Assembly: GCA_965204735.1 (NCBI GenBank)
Contig: OZ242008.1
Location: 1,184,001-1,248,000 of the forward strand
From: Longimicrobiales bacterium
GTDB taxonomy: Bacteria; Gemmatimonadota; Gemmatimonadetes; Longimicrobiales; Gaopeijiaceae
Direction: 5' to 3'
DNA: 64,000 nt
The notes under the pieces are model-generated. The model was not told where the DNA came from, ran no database searches, and saw only the letters and a list, made by a program, of their open reading frames with translations. Each line of letters begins with the position of its first letter. The first letter of the stretch is position 1. Of this stretch, positions 10,601 to 18,946 are shown piece after piece. A program made the position numbers and the translations under genes.

Positions 10601-11056
10601 CACCCGACCGCGGGGCAGCAGCGTCGGTTGTCGTACTCGGGGCCGTCGGAGACGCCGGGCCAGGGCGCGGTCGCGCGCCCGCGCCGAGGCGTCGGGCCTG
10701 CAGGGCGGGGCCGGCCGGCCGGAGACGCCGGGCCGGGCGCCGACGGCGGCGGGCGTGACGGGAGGAAGGAACCCGAGCCCTTGGTTCGCCGCACGGTCCG
10801 CGTCGACTCGTTGGGAATGGCGGTGCCCGGCACGCCGGTAAGCGGTGGCAGGGAGGGCGCCCTGGAGGGTCGCGACGGCTTTGGCGTGGGCGCCGGCAAC
10901 GGAGACACGGGTCCCGACGTGCGGCGACTCGCCACCAACCGAGGCGGATCGAGGTCTCGCGCGCCGGTCAAGGCCGCCAAGGCGCCGGGGCGGAACGAAC
11001 CTTGTCCCTGCGGCAGCGGACGCAAGTACAAGAAGTGCCACGGGGCGTTGGGGTAG
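7610..11056 (+). CDS. secA: preprotein translocase ATPase SecA
   Basis: [38 protein letters not shown], C-terminal [18 protein letters not shown]. Confidence 0.98.
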   Translation: [1148 protein letters not shown]

Positions 11057-11751
11057 TGGCCGGCGCCCGCCCGCCGGCGGCCCGGCCCCGGGAGCGGCTG
11101 CGGCGCTACGGCCCTGGTCCTCTGTCCGAGCAGGAGCTCCTGGCGCTGGTGATCGGGTCCGGGACGGGCGCCACGGCGGCGTGGGATTTGGCCGAGCAGG
11201 TGCTGGAGCTCTCCGGGGGGCAGCTCCGCGAGATGGCCCGGATCGACCTGGGGCGGTTGACCGGGATCGCCGGCATCGGTCCCGCCCAGGCGGCGCGGAT
11301 CGTGGCGGCCGTCGAGCTGGGAAGGCGAGTGGCGTCCGCGCGGTCGGCCCCCGAGGGGCCGATTACAGGTCCCCAGGACGTGCACGAGATATTTGCGCCG
11401 TCGCTGGCCCATCTGGAGCACGAGGAGTTCCACGTCCTTCTCCTCAACTCCCAGAACGGACCGATCTGCCAGCGGCAGGTGACCCGAGGCATCCTGGACG
11501 CGTCCCTGATCCATCCCCGCGAGGTCTTCCGGGACGCCATCGTGCTTCGAGCGGCGGCGTTGATCCTGGTCCACAACCACCCTTCCGGGAACCCTGAACC
11601 GTCCTCGGAGGACATGCGGGTCACCCGCCAGCTGGCGGCCGCCGGCGACCAGCTGGGCATCCCGGTGCTCGACCACATCATCGTCGCGGGCTCCAGCTTC
11701 GCGTCGCTGGCAAGCCGGGGGTGCTTCCCCGAAGTGGAGGAGGCGGCCTAG
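11056..11751 (+). CDS. radC: RadC family JAB-domain protein
   Basis: RPRERL, HhH motif GIGPAQA, IHPREVF, HNHPSGNPEPS, LDHII. Confidence 0.93.
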   Translation: MAGARPPAARPRERLRRYGPGPLSEQELLALVIGSGTGATAAWDLAEQVLELSGGQLREMARIDLGRLTGIAGIGPAQAARIVAAVELGRRVASARSAPEGPITGPQDVHEIFAPSLAHLEHEEFHVLLLNSQNGPICQRQVTRGILDASLIHPREVFRDAIVLRAAALILVHNHPSGNPEPSSEDMRVTRQLAAAGDQLGIPVLDHIIVAGSSFASLASRGCFPEVEEAA

Positions 11752-11951
11752 CTCCAGGGACTCGCGGGCGCCACGGCGCAGGCTCGGCTCGGCCTAGGCC
11801 TGGTCAGTCAAAGGCGATCCTGTCTGTCGAGCCGAGTCTGTCAAGCCAAGCTCCCGCTTCCGCAAGCCAAAGCTCCCGCTTCCGGCTTCCGTTGGGCCGA
11901 GTCCTGCGCGCCGCCGGCATCCTGCTCCGTCGCGAAAGGGGTCGACTCGGA

Positions 11952-12368
11952 TCACAGCGCCTTCCAGACCTTGGACAGGACCGTGTTCTCCGGGTCGTAG
12001 CCGGGAGCGGCGCCGCGGAACGTGGCGTCGGACACTTCAAGTCCCCTGACTTTGCCAAGGGCGAAGTGCTTCCATCCGGTGGGTGTCGTCCGGCTTCCGC
12101 CGCCCACCTGCCACGCCAGCAGAAGCGGGTTGCCGGAGGCGCCGACTCCCACTGCGTGGGGCAGAACGAGCCGCAGAGTCAGGTCCGAGCCGTAGACCAG
12201 GCGCACCTCCTTGCGCTTGGCGATGGCGGCGCCCAGTTCGATCAGCATCTCGGCAAGGCGCTCCTGGGCTACCCGTTCCCGCGCGAGACGCTCTCGTTCG
12301 GCAACGTCGGACGCCGCCGCACCGTCGGGCGTCGTTCGAGGTCCATGTCCGTCATCGGACTCGTTCAT
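11952..12368 (-). CDS. stand-alone WYL-like domain protein (138 aa)
   Basis: AIAKRKEVRLVY...RLVLPHAVG...LLLAWQ...WKHFALGKVRGLEVSDATF follows the WYL fold pattern; no HTH. Confidence 0.6.
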   Translation of the reverse strand: MNESDDGHGPRTTPDGAAASDVAERERLARERVAQERLAEMLIELGAAIAKRKEVRLVYGSDLTLRLVLPHAVGVGASGNPLLLAWQVGGGSRTTPTGWKHFALGKVRGLEVSDATFRGAAPGYDPENTVLSKVWKAL

Positions 12369-12532
12369 GGTTGCCGAGCCGGTCCCAGGTCGTCGTTGGG
12401 GATGCGAGCGGCCTCGGGCGTTCGCCGAGTCGCACAATCGTCGCACAGTCAATCTGGCGCCCGACTCGGGAATAGTGAAGCTGCCGGGGAACAGTGAAGC
12501 TGCCGGCTCGTGCTTGCAGGAGGAACCGACCG

Positions 12533-13795
12533 TCAGGGCTCGTGGCCCAACACCTCCGGGTGCGCTTCCAGGACGGCGGCAATTCCCCGTTCCAGGTTTC
12601 GCACGTCGGTCCAGCCTTGGGCGACCAGGAGCTTGGCGACCTCCAGGCTGCGGACGCCGCTGTGGCAGTACACCACCACTGGCCGGTCCCGAGGGATCTC
12701 GTTCAGGCGCTCGGGGAGCTGGCCCATGGGCACAAGCACCGCTCCCAGGCCGCTCAGGTTCATGGCGTGCCACTCTGCGGGTTCGCGCACGTCCAGAAGG
12801 AAGGGGCGGTCGTGGTCGGAAGACGCGGCCGGAGCGCTGCCGGCCGGGGCGTCGCCGGTCATCGCGGCGGTCAAGTCGCTCGGATCCAGCCTGCCTACGC
12901 CGTTTTCGTCGGCGCCCGGGTCCGGGGCCTGGGCCGTACCGCAGAAGTCGTCGTAGTCCACCGGCGCCGCGATCGTCGGACGGTCGCCGCACACGGGACA
13001 TCCGCGATCTCGCCGGACTTCGATCTCGCGCCACCGGTGCGCCAGCGCGTCGAAGATCAGGAGCCGGCCCGCCACGGACTCTCCCACGCCCAGCAGGAGC
13101 TTGATCGCCTCCAGCGCCTGGGCTGCGCCCACCACGCCGGGCAACGCTCCGAAGACGCCGGCCTCGGCGCAGTTGGGAACCATCCCCGGGGGCGGCGGCT
13201 CGCGGAAGAGGCAGCGGTAGCAGGGGCCGCCCTTCGTCGCGAAGACCGCAAGCTGGCCTTCCCACCGATGGACGGCGCCGTACACGTTGGGCTTGCCCGA
13301 GAGCACGCAGGCGTCGTTGACGAGGTAGCGAGTGGGGAAGTTGTCGCTTCCGTCCACGACCACGTCGTACTCCGCCACGATCCCCATCGCGTTGTGGGAA
13401 GCGAACTTCTGCGGGTATGTCTCGACGTGGACGTGAGGGTTGAGGTCGGAGAGCGCCTCCTTGGCCGAATCCACCTTGAGACGGTCCAGGTCCGACGTGC
13501 CGTGGAGGACCTGTCGCTGGAGGTTGGTCGCGTCCACCACGTCGGGGTCCGCCACGCCCAGCGTGCCCACTCCGGCGGCGGCAAGGTACAGCGCCGCGGG
13601 CGAGCCCAGGCCGCCGGCCCCGACCAGCAGCGCCCGGGCCGCCTTGAGGCGTTCCTGTCCCGCCCGGCCCACTTCGGGGAGGACCAAGTGGCGGGCGTAG
13701 CGAACCGCCTCGGCCGGGGCTAGGGGAGCCGCTAGGCCGAGGGGAGCCGCTGGGGCTGGGGGAGCGTTTGCGGTCAACGGGCGGCTACATCGCAA
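12533..13795 (-). CDS. moeB: MoeB/ThiF adenylyltransferase with C-terminal rhodanese (MoeZ-like); start uncertain
   Basis: RYARHL, GAGGLGSP, NLQRQ, CYRC, CPVC; rhodanese DVREPAEW...YCHSGVRS. Confidence 0.9.
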   Translation of the reverse strand: MRCSRPLTANAPPAPAAPLGLAAPLAPAEAVRYARHLVLPEVGRAGQERLKAARALLVGAGGLGSPAALYLAAAGVGTLGVADPDVVDATNLQRQVLHGTSDLDRLKVDSAKEALSDLNPHVHVETYPQKFASHNAMGIVAEYDVVVDGSDNFPTRYLVNDACVLSGKPNVYGAVHRWEGQLAVFATKGGPCYRCLFREPPPPGMVPNCAEAGVFGALPGVVGAAQALEAIKLLLGVGESVAGRLLIFDALAHRWREIEVRRDRGCPVCGDRPTIAAPVDYDDFCGTAQAPDPGADENGVGRLDPSDLTAAMTGDAPAGSAPAASSDHDRPFLLDVREPAEWHAMNLSGLGAVLVPMGQLPERLNEIPRDRPVVVYCHSGVRSLEVAKLLVAQGWTDVRNLERGIAAVLEAHPEVLGHEP

Positions 13796-13899
13796 GGGGG
13801 AAGGGGGAGTGTGCGGCGGAGCGCCGAGGCGGGCCTAGGCGGGGCGAATGCAAGCGGGGCAGGGCGGCCACGGGGGCGAGCGTCGGCAAGGCCCGCAAC

Positions 13900-15762
13900 C
13901 TATTCCGACGAGCCATCTTCGCCAAGAGCATCGGGCGCCGGTTGCGACGCCGAGGCGTGCTCCAGGATCAAGGCCACGAACGCTTCGCCGTAGCGGTCCA
14001 GCTTCGTCTCGCCTACGCCGGAGATGCGGGCGAACGCCTCCAAGGTCGTGGGCCGCTGTTCCACCATCTCCCGCAGGCTCATGTCGTGGAAGACGACGTA
14101 CGGCGGGACTCCCTGCGCCTTGGCCAGCTCGGTTCGCCGGCGGCGGAGGGCTTCCCAGAGGGCGTCGCTCCACGTCGACGGGTCCGCGGGCGGCCGAGGG
14201 GCCGCGCGCTTGCTCGGCTTCTTGACGCGCTTGGGGCGCAGGTCCCGACGCATGCGCACCTCGACCTCGCCTCGCAGCACGGGGCGGCTCGCCTCGGTGA
14301 GGCTGAGGCTCCCGTACCCCTCCATGTCCACCTTGAGGAAGCCGCGGGCCACCAGCTGCCGGAAGACGGAGCGCCACTCGTAGGCGCCGATCTCCTTGCC
14401 GATGCCGTAGGTCGAGAGGCGGTGGTGGCCGAAACGCCGGATGCGGTCGGCTTCGCTGCCCCGTAGCACGTCGATCACGTACACCGCGCCGAAGCGCTGG
14501 CCGGTGCGCTGCACGCACGAGAGGGCCTTCTGCGCGGCTTCGGTGGCGTTCCACGTCTCCACGGGGCGCAGGCAGTTGTCGCAGGCGCCGCACCGGGCGG
14601 GCGCCGCTTCGCCGAAGTACGAGAGCAGCGTTCGACGCCGGCACGTGGTGAGCTCGCAGTAGCCCAGCAGCGCGTCCAGCTTGCGTACTTCCAGTCGCTT
14701 CCGCGCGTCTCCGGCCTCCGAGTTCTCCACCATGTGCCTGAGCATGACCACGTCCTGCAGGCCGTAGGCCATCCAGGCGTCGGCGGGGTCGCCGTCCCGT
14801 CCCGCCCGTCCCGTCTCCTGATAGTAGGCCTCGATGCTCTTGGGAAGGTCCAGATGGGCCACGAAGCGCACGTCGGGCTTGTCGATGCCCATCCCGAAGG
14901 CGATCGTCGCGACCATGACCACGCCTTCCTGGCGGAGGAATCGGTCCTGGTTCGCCTGGCGCTCCCGCTTGCCGAGGCCCGCGTGGTAGGGAAGGGCGTC
15001 CACGCCGGCGTCCCGGAGCCACTCGGCGGTGCCGTCCACTCCCTTTCGCGAGAGGCGGTAGACGATCCCGGCGCGTCCCGCATGGCGCTCCTGGAGGAAG
15101 GCGTGCAGCTGCTTGCGCGGGTTGTCCTTCGGAACCACCGAGTAGCGGATGTTGGGGCGGTCGAAGCCGCTGACGAATACGGGCGAGCCGCCCAATCCCA
15201 GCCGGTCGACGATCTCGCGGCGAGTGGGCTCGTCGGCGGTCGCCGTGAGGGCGATCCGGGGGACGCCGGGGAAGCGCTCGCGAAGGGCCGAGAGGCGGAG
15301 GTACTCGGGGCGGAAGTCGTGTCCCCACTGGGAGACGCAGTGGGCCTCGTCGATGGCGAAGAGGGCCAGCGGAACGTTGGACAGCAGTTCGAGGGTTCGG
15401 TCTCCCAGGAGGCGTTCGGGGGCGACGTAGAGGAGGTCGAGGCGACCTGCGGTCAGCGCGGACTCGACCTTGCGCACTTCGTGGTAGGGCAGGCTCGAGT
15501 TGAGGCCGGCCGCTCGGACGCCGGCTTGCCGGAGGGATTCGACCTGGTCGCGCATGAGCGCGATGAGAGGCGACACCACGACGCCGGTCCCGTCGCGGAC
15601 GATGGAGGGGATCTGGTAGCAGATGGACTTGCCGCCGCCCGTGGGCATGAGGACCAAGCTGTCGCCTCCGGCCACGGTGTGGCGGACGACTTCCTCCTGC
15701 TGGCCCCGGAAGTCGGAGTAGCCGAATACACGGGCGAGGACGCGACGGCTTTCGTCGGTCAT
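13900..15762 (-). CDS. recQ: ATP-dependent DNA helicase RecQ
   Basis: [37 protein letters not shown], Zn-binding RQC, HRDC (PPYVVFHD). Confidence 0.97.
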   Translation of the reverse strand: MTDESRRVLARVFGYSDFRGQQEEVVRHTVAGGDSLVLMPTGGGKSICYQIPSIVRDGTGVVVSPLIALMRDQVESLRQAGVRAAGLNSSLPYHEVRKVESALTAGRLDLLYVAPERLLGDRTLELLSNVPLALFAIDEAHCVSQWGHDFRPEYLRLSALRERFPGVPRIALTATADEPTRREIVDRLGLGGSPVFVSGFDRPNIRYSVVPKDNPRKQLHAFLQERHAGRAGIVYRLSRKGVDGTAEWLRDAGVDALPYHAGLGKRERQANQDRFLRQEGVVMVATIAFGMGIDKPDVRFVAHLDLPKSIEAYYQETGRAGRDGDPADAWMAYGLQDVVMLRHMVENSEAGDARKRLEVRKLDALLGYCELTTCRRRTLLSYFGEAAPARCGACDNCLRPVETWNATEAAQKALSCVQRTGQRFGAVYVIDVLRGSEADRIRRFGHHRLSTYGIGKEIGAYEWRSVFRQLVARGFLKVDMEGYGSLSLTEASRPVLRGEVEVRMRRDLRPKRVKKPSKRAAPRPPADPSTWSDALWEALRRRRTELAKAQGVPPYVVFHDMSLREMVEQRPTTLEAFARISGVGETKLDRYGEAFVALILEHASASQPAPDALGEDGSSE

Positions 15763-16226
15763 TTGGCGGTGGGCGTCGCTTTGGCCCTGTGGAAGGACGA
15801 CTTCGTGCTGCCGGCCAGCTGAACCAGGGCTGCCGACGCGCCTCCGGCGGCGCCGGCGAGCAGCCCGGCAAAGAGCAGCACGACGAGGAAGAACGCAGGT
15901 CCAGGAATACCGCCAAGGACGCCGCCGACAAGGCGCGCCACCTGGGCCACTGGACCACGGGCGGCGGCCAAGAGGAGCAGGGCGCCCCATCCGACGGCGC
16001 CGGCGAGGGCGGCCGTGGCCGCCGGAGCCCAGCGGCGGGCGGCAGGCGTCCAAGGGTGGACAGGCTCCAGGGCGCCCTCTCTGTCGCCAGGGCGATCTCG
16101 CCGCGCGGCCCAGCCGAGCCACGCTCCGACCACGGCGCCCACCACGGGCAACGCAACCCATCCGACAAGCCAACTCCCGGCGGCCACGCCTGCGGCGCCC
16201 ACCGCGACTGCAAGGAGAGCGGTCAC
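15759..16226 (-). CDS. small multi-pass membrane protein
   Basis: Several hydrophobic segments; 4-nt overlaps with both neighbours. Confidence 0.55.
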   Translation of the reverse strand: MTALLAVAVGAAGVAAGSWLVGWVALPVVGAVVGAWLGWAARRDRPGDREGALEPVHPWTPAARRWAPAATAALAGAVGWGALLLLAAARGPVAQVARLVGGVLGGIPGPAFFLVVLLFAGLLAGAAGGASAALVQLAGSTKSSFHRAKATPTAK

Positions 16227-18871
16227 TGGCGGGAGTTTGCTGGCGGACGAGACGGCGCCGCCGCGGGACGACGGGCGGGCTTCGGCCCCGACGCCGGGGT
16301 CAGCACGAGTTGGGCGCGAACCCGGCCAGCCGCCTGCAGCTCCCTCTGGGTGCGGGGAAACCGCAAGTCCTCGAGCTCGCCCGCGACCCAATGGACGAGG
16401 CGGTCGTCGTAGTCGCTGCTCGCGGGGTTGCCCGACTGTCCGCCGGGGAAGGTCCCTCGCGCCCGCGTCTGGTCCCCCACTTCCACGACCATCCGCCAGC
16501 TGGCGCCGTGGGTTCCCGTTCCCGTCATGGGGCTGAGAAGACCGGGGCCACCGCCGGTGGCAAGGTCCAGGCGGGAGAGAGCGGGCAGGCGCAACAGGTG
16601 GCGAACGTTGTGGTGCCCGAAGTTGCGCCAAGCCCATCCGCCGCCGTTCGGGGGGCCGTGCTCGCCGCGGACTCGCTCCAGCGCGGCGCCGAGCGCCCGG
16701 ACCACGATGGCGTCCCGGTCTTCGGTCTCGGGGGTCGCCACGTCGTCCCACCAGGGGCTGTCGGGCTGCTCGAGCAGCGACCACAGTACTTGTTCCCTGG
16801 GGACGGCCACGCGCGCGCTCGTGCCGGCGGCGCGGTCGTCGGTGTCGGCCAGCTCGTCCCAAAGGGCGTCTTCGAGCGCTTCCATGGCCGCCTCGAAGAG
16901 GACGGCGCGTTGGTTGGCGAGGTCGTAGCGGCCGTCCCACTCCTCGAGCAGGCGAAAGGCCGCGGCGGCCTCCGGGGGCAGGCCGTCACGCTCGGCGACC
17001 TGGGACGCGATCGCAAGGACCGCCCCCCTGAAGCTTCGGGCGCGCGCGCTTGCCGGGTGGGTCTGGTACGCCTCCATGTCCTGCGTTGCGTGTCGCTCCC
17101 GGTCCCGCAGGAGTTCGTTGATGGTGAGGGCGCGCCACGGGTCCGGCCAGTCCGCCCCGAGGTAGGCAGGCTCCATCTCCGGGTCGTAGGGCTGCTGGTT
17201 GGCTGAAGCCAGGTAGCCCTGCTCCGGGTCGCGTACAGGCGGGCAGCAGGGAGCGCGGCCCAGCCAGTCGGCGGCCCGCGTGGCGCCGTCGTGAACGATG
17301 TCGCCCCGGACGCCGTCCGGCCGCAGCGGAAACCACCCGAGGCTCCGGACAGCGATCCCTCCGCCGCGCCCCGCCACCATCCCGTTCTGGGCCGGGGCGT
17401 GCCAGCCGTCCATCGCGTCGAGCCACTCGTCCACGGAGCGCGCGCGGGCCGCGCCCATCAGCGAGCCCAGCTCCTTCTGGCCTTCCAGCACCGTCCAGCG
17501 GAGCGACATGGGCTCGCCGGCGACGTCGAGGAGGGGACCCCGGTGGGTGCTCCGAACCGTGTCGGCCGCCAGAAGTTCGCCGCTCGGTCCCCGAAAGCGC
17601 TCCACGCGAACGTCCAGCGGTTCCCAGGCGCCGTCGAGGTAGTAGCGGGTCGGGGCGTCGGGGTCGTCCAGCCGCTCCCGGTAGTAGTCCATCACGTCGG
17701 CGCCGGTGTTGGTGAAGCTCCACGCCACGTCCCTGTTGAACCCGATCACGATCCCCGGCACGCCCGCCAAGGTGACCCCGTACACGTCCATCTCGCCCGG
17801 CACCACCAAGTGCGCCTCGTACCAGATGCTCGGCAGGCTCAGGGAAAGGTGGGGGTCGCCGGCCAGGATCGGGTTGCCGGATGCGGAGCGGGACGGGCCG
17901 ACGGCCCAGTTGTTGCTTCCCAGGGCGGGAGCGCGGGCGCCGTAGTGGGACGCCGGGCAATGGACCGGCGTCGGGCCGATGCAGGACGTCCGACCAAGGT
18001 CCGGCCCCGAGCCGATTTCGACCGGCGTCGGGCCGTCGTCCGCCGCCGCCCCGGGTTCTGGGATATGAGGGGCCGGAAGACGCCCGCCCACCCATCGTGC
18101 TCCCTCGTGCGGCACAATAGGCTCTTGGATCGGGGCGTCGGCGGGAAAAAGGGCGTCGGCGGCTTCGCGGCCCACTCGAGCGGTCACCCGTTCCTTGAGG
18201 AGCTCCACCGGCGAGAAGGCGAGTATCCATCCCATGCGCTTGAGCAGGTAGAAGGTGTGCACGGGCTGCCAAGGGGCGGGCGCGGCGCCCAGGAGGTGGT
18301 ACTCGAAGGGCTTCTCTTCGGGCGAAAGGCTGCCGATGAAGGCGTTCACGCCGTCGGCGTAGGCGACCAGAGCTTCGGCGACTTCCGGGTCCTGGTCCGC
18401 AAGGCGAGCGAAGTCCCGCTCGGCCGCTTTCGCCAACCCAAGCCTTCGGACCTGAACGTCTGTTTCCAGCAGCGCCGCGCCGGCCACTTCCGAGAGGGTG
18501 CCGGCGGTGGCCCGGGTCTGCATCTCCATCTGAAAGAGGCGGTCGCGGGCGACCACGTATCCCAGCGCCCGGTAGGCGTCGGCAGTCGTGGACGCGAAGA
18601 CGTGGGGCACCCGCCGGTCGTCGTAGGCGACGCGAACGTCGTGGCCAAGTCCGGGAATCGACGCGGCGAACGAATCGGGCAGCTCCGCCGAGCGCGCGAC
18701 GCTCCAAATCCCATGAACCGGGTCGAGCAACGGCCCCAGCGCAGGCAATGGTCCGACGCGCCGAGAGGCGGACGCCAGCAGAACCCCCAGCGCCGCCGAC
18801 CACAGGACCAGACGCGGGAACGGCCTCACCGCCCTGCTCCTCGAGTCCCCTGGCGCGGCCCGCGCCGGCAA
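16223..18871 (-). CDS. penicillin acylase family (Ntn hydrolase)
   Basis: DRLFQME, GSNNWAV (catalytic Ser), DPHL, PGGQSG. Confidence 0.92.
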   Translation of the reverse strand: MPARAAPGDSRSRAVRPFPRLVLWSAALGVLLASASRRVGPLPALGPLLDPVHGIWSVARSAELPDSFAASIPGLGHDVRVAYDDRRVPHVFASTTADAYRALGYVVARDRLFQMEMQTRATAGTLSEVAGAALLETDVQVRRLGLAKAAERDFARLADQDPEVAEALVAYADGVNAFIGSLSPEEKPFEYHLLGAAPAPWQPVHTFYLLKRMGWILAFSPVELLKERVTARVGREAADALFPADAPIQEPIVPHEGARWVGGRLPAPHIPEPGAAADDGPTPVEIGSGPDLGRTSCIGPTPVHCPASHYGARAPALGSNNWAVGPSRSASGNPILAGDPHLSLSLPSIWYEAHLVVPGEMDVYGVTLAGVPGIVIGFNRDVAWSFTNTGADVMDYYRERLDDPDAPTRYYLDGAWEPLDVRVERFRGPSGELLAADTVRSTHRGPLLDVAGEPMSLRWTVLEGQKELGSLMGAARARSVDEWLDAMDGWHAPAQNGMVAGRGGGIAVRSLGWFPLRPDGVRGDIVHDGATRAADWLGRAPCCPPVRDPEQGYLASANQQPYDPEMEPAYLGADWPDPWRALTINELLRDRERHATQDMEAYQTHPASARARSFRGAVLAIASQVAERDGLPPEAAAAFRLLEEWDGRYDLANQRAVLFEAAMEALEDALWDELADTDDRAAGTSARVAVPREQVLWSLLEQPDSPWWDDVATPETEDRDAIVVRALGAALERVRGEHGPPNGGGWAWRNFGHHNVRHLLRLPALSRLDLATGGGPGLLSPMTGTGTHGASWRMVVEVGDQTRARGTFPGGQSGNPASSDYDDRLVHWVAGELEDLRFPRTQRELQAAGRVRAQLVLTPASGPKPARRPAAAPSRPPANSRQ

Positions 18872-18946
18872 GAAGGCGCTCGCGCTGGACTGCGCCGCTT
18901 CACGGTGGGCGCGGACCGGCGACGCAACACCGGCGACGAAGCCACG

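Noticed and set aside
7523..11041. Very long antisense or alternate-frame ORFs (e.g. 7523-11041, 17291-20833, 31301-34522, 51710-54649)
   Set aside because: Shadow ORFs expected in high-GC DNA; they overlap well-supported genes and show no motifs.
11056..11751. radC as marker of an integrated mobile element
   Set aside because: Full-length HhH+JAB form coupled to secA, the usual chromosomal type; no integrase nearby.
13716..13766. GGGGAGCCGCT repeats at the moeB 5' end
   Set aside because: Short degenerate low-complexity repeats encoding an Ala/Pro leader; no further support.
16223..18871. Penicillin acylase as an antibiotic-resistance or quorum-quenching gene
   Set aside because: Family membership is clear but substrate cannot be read from the sequence.
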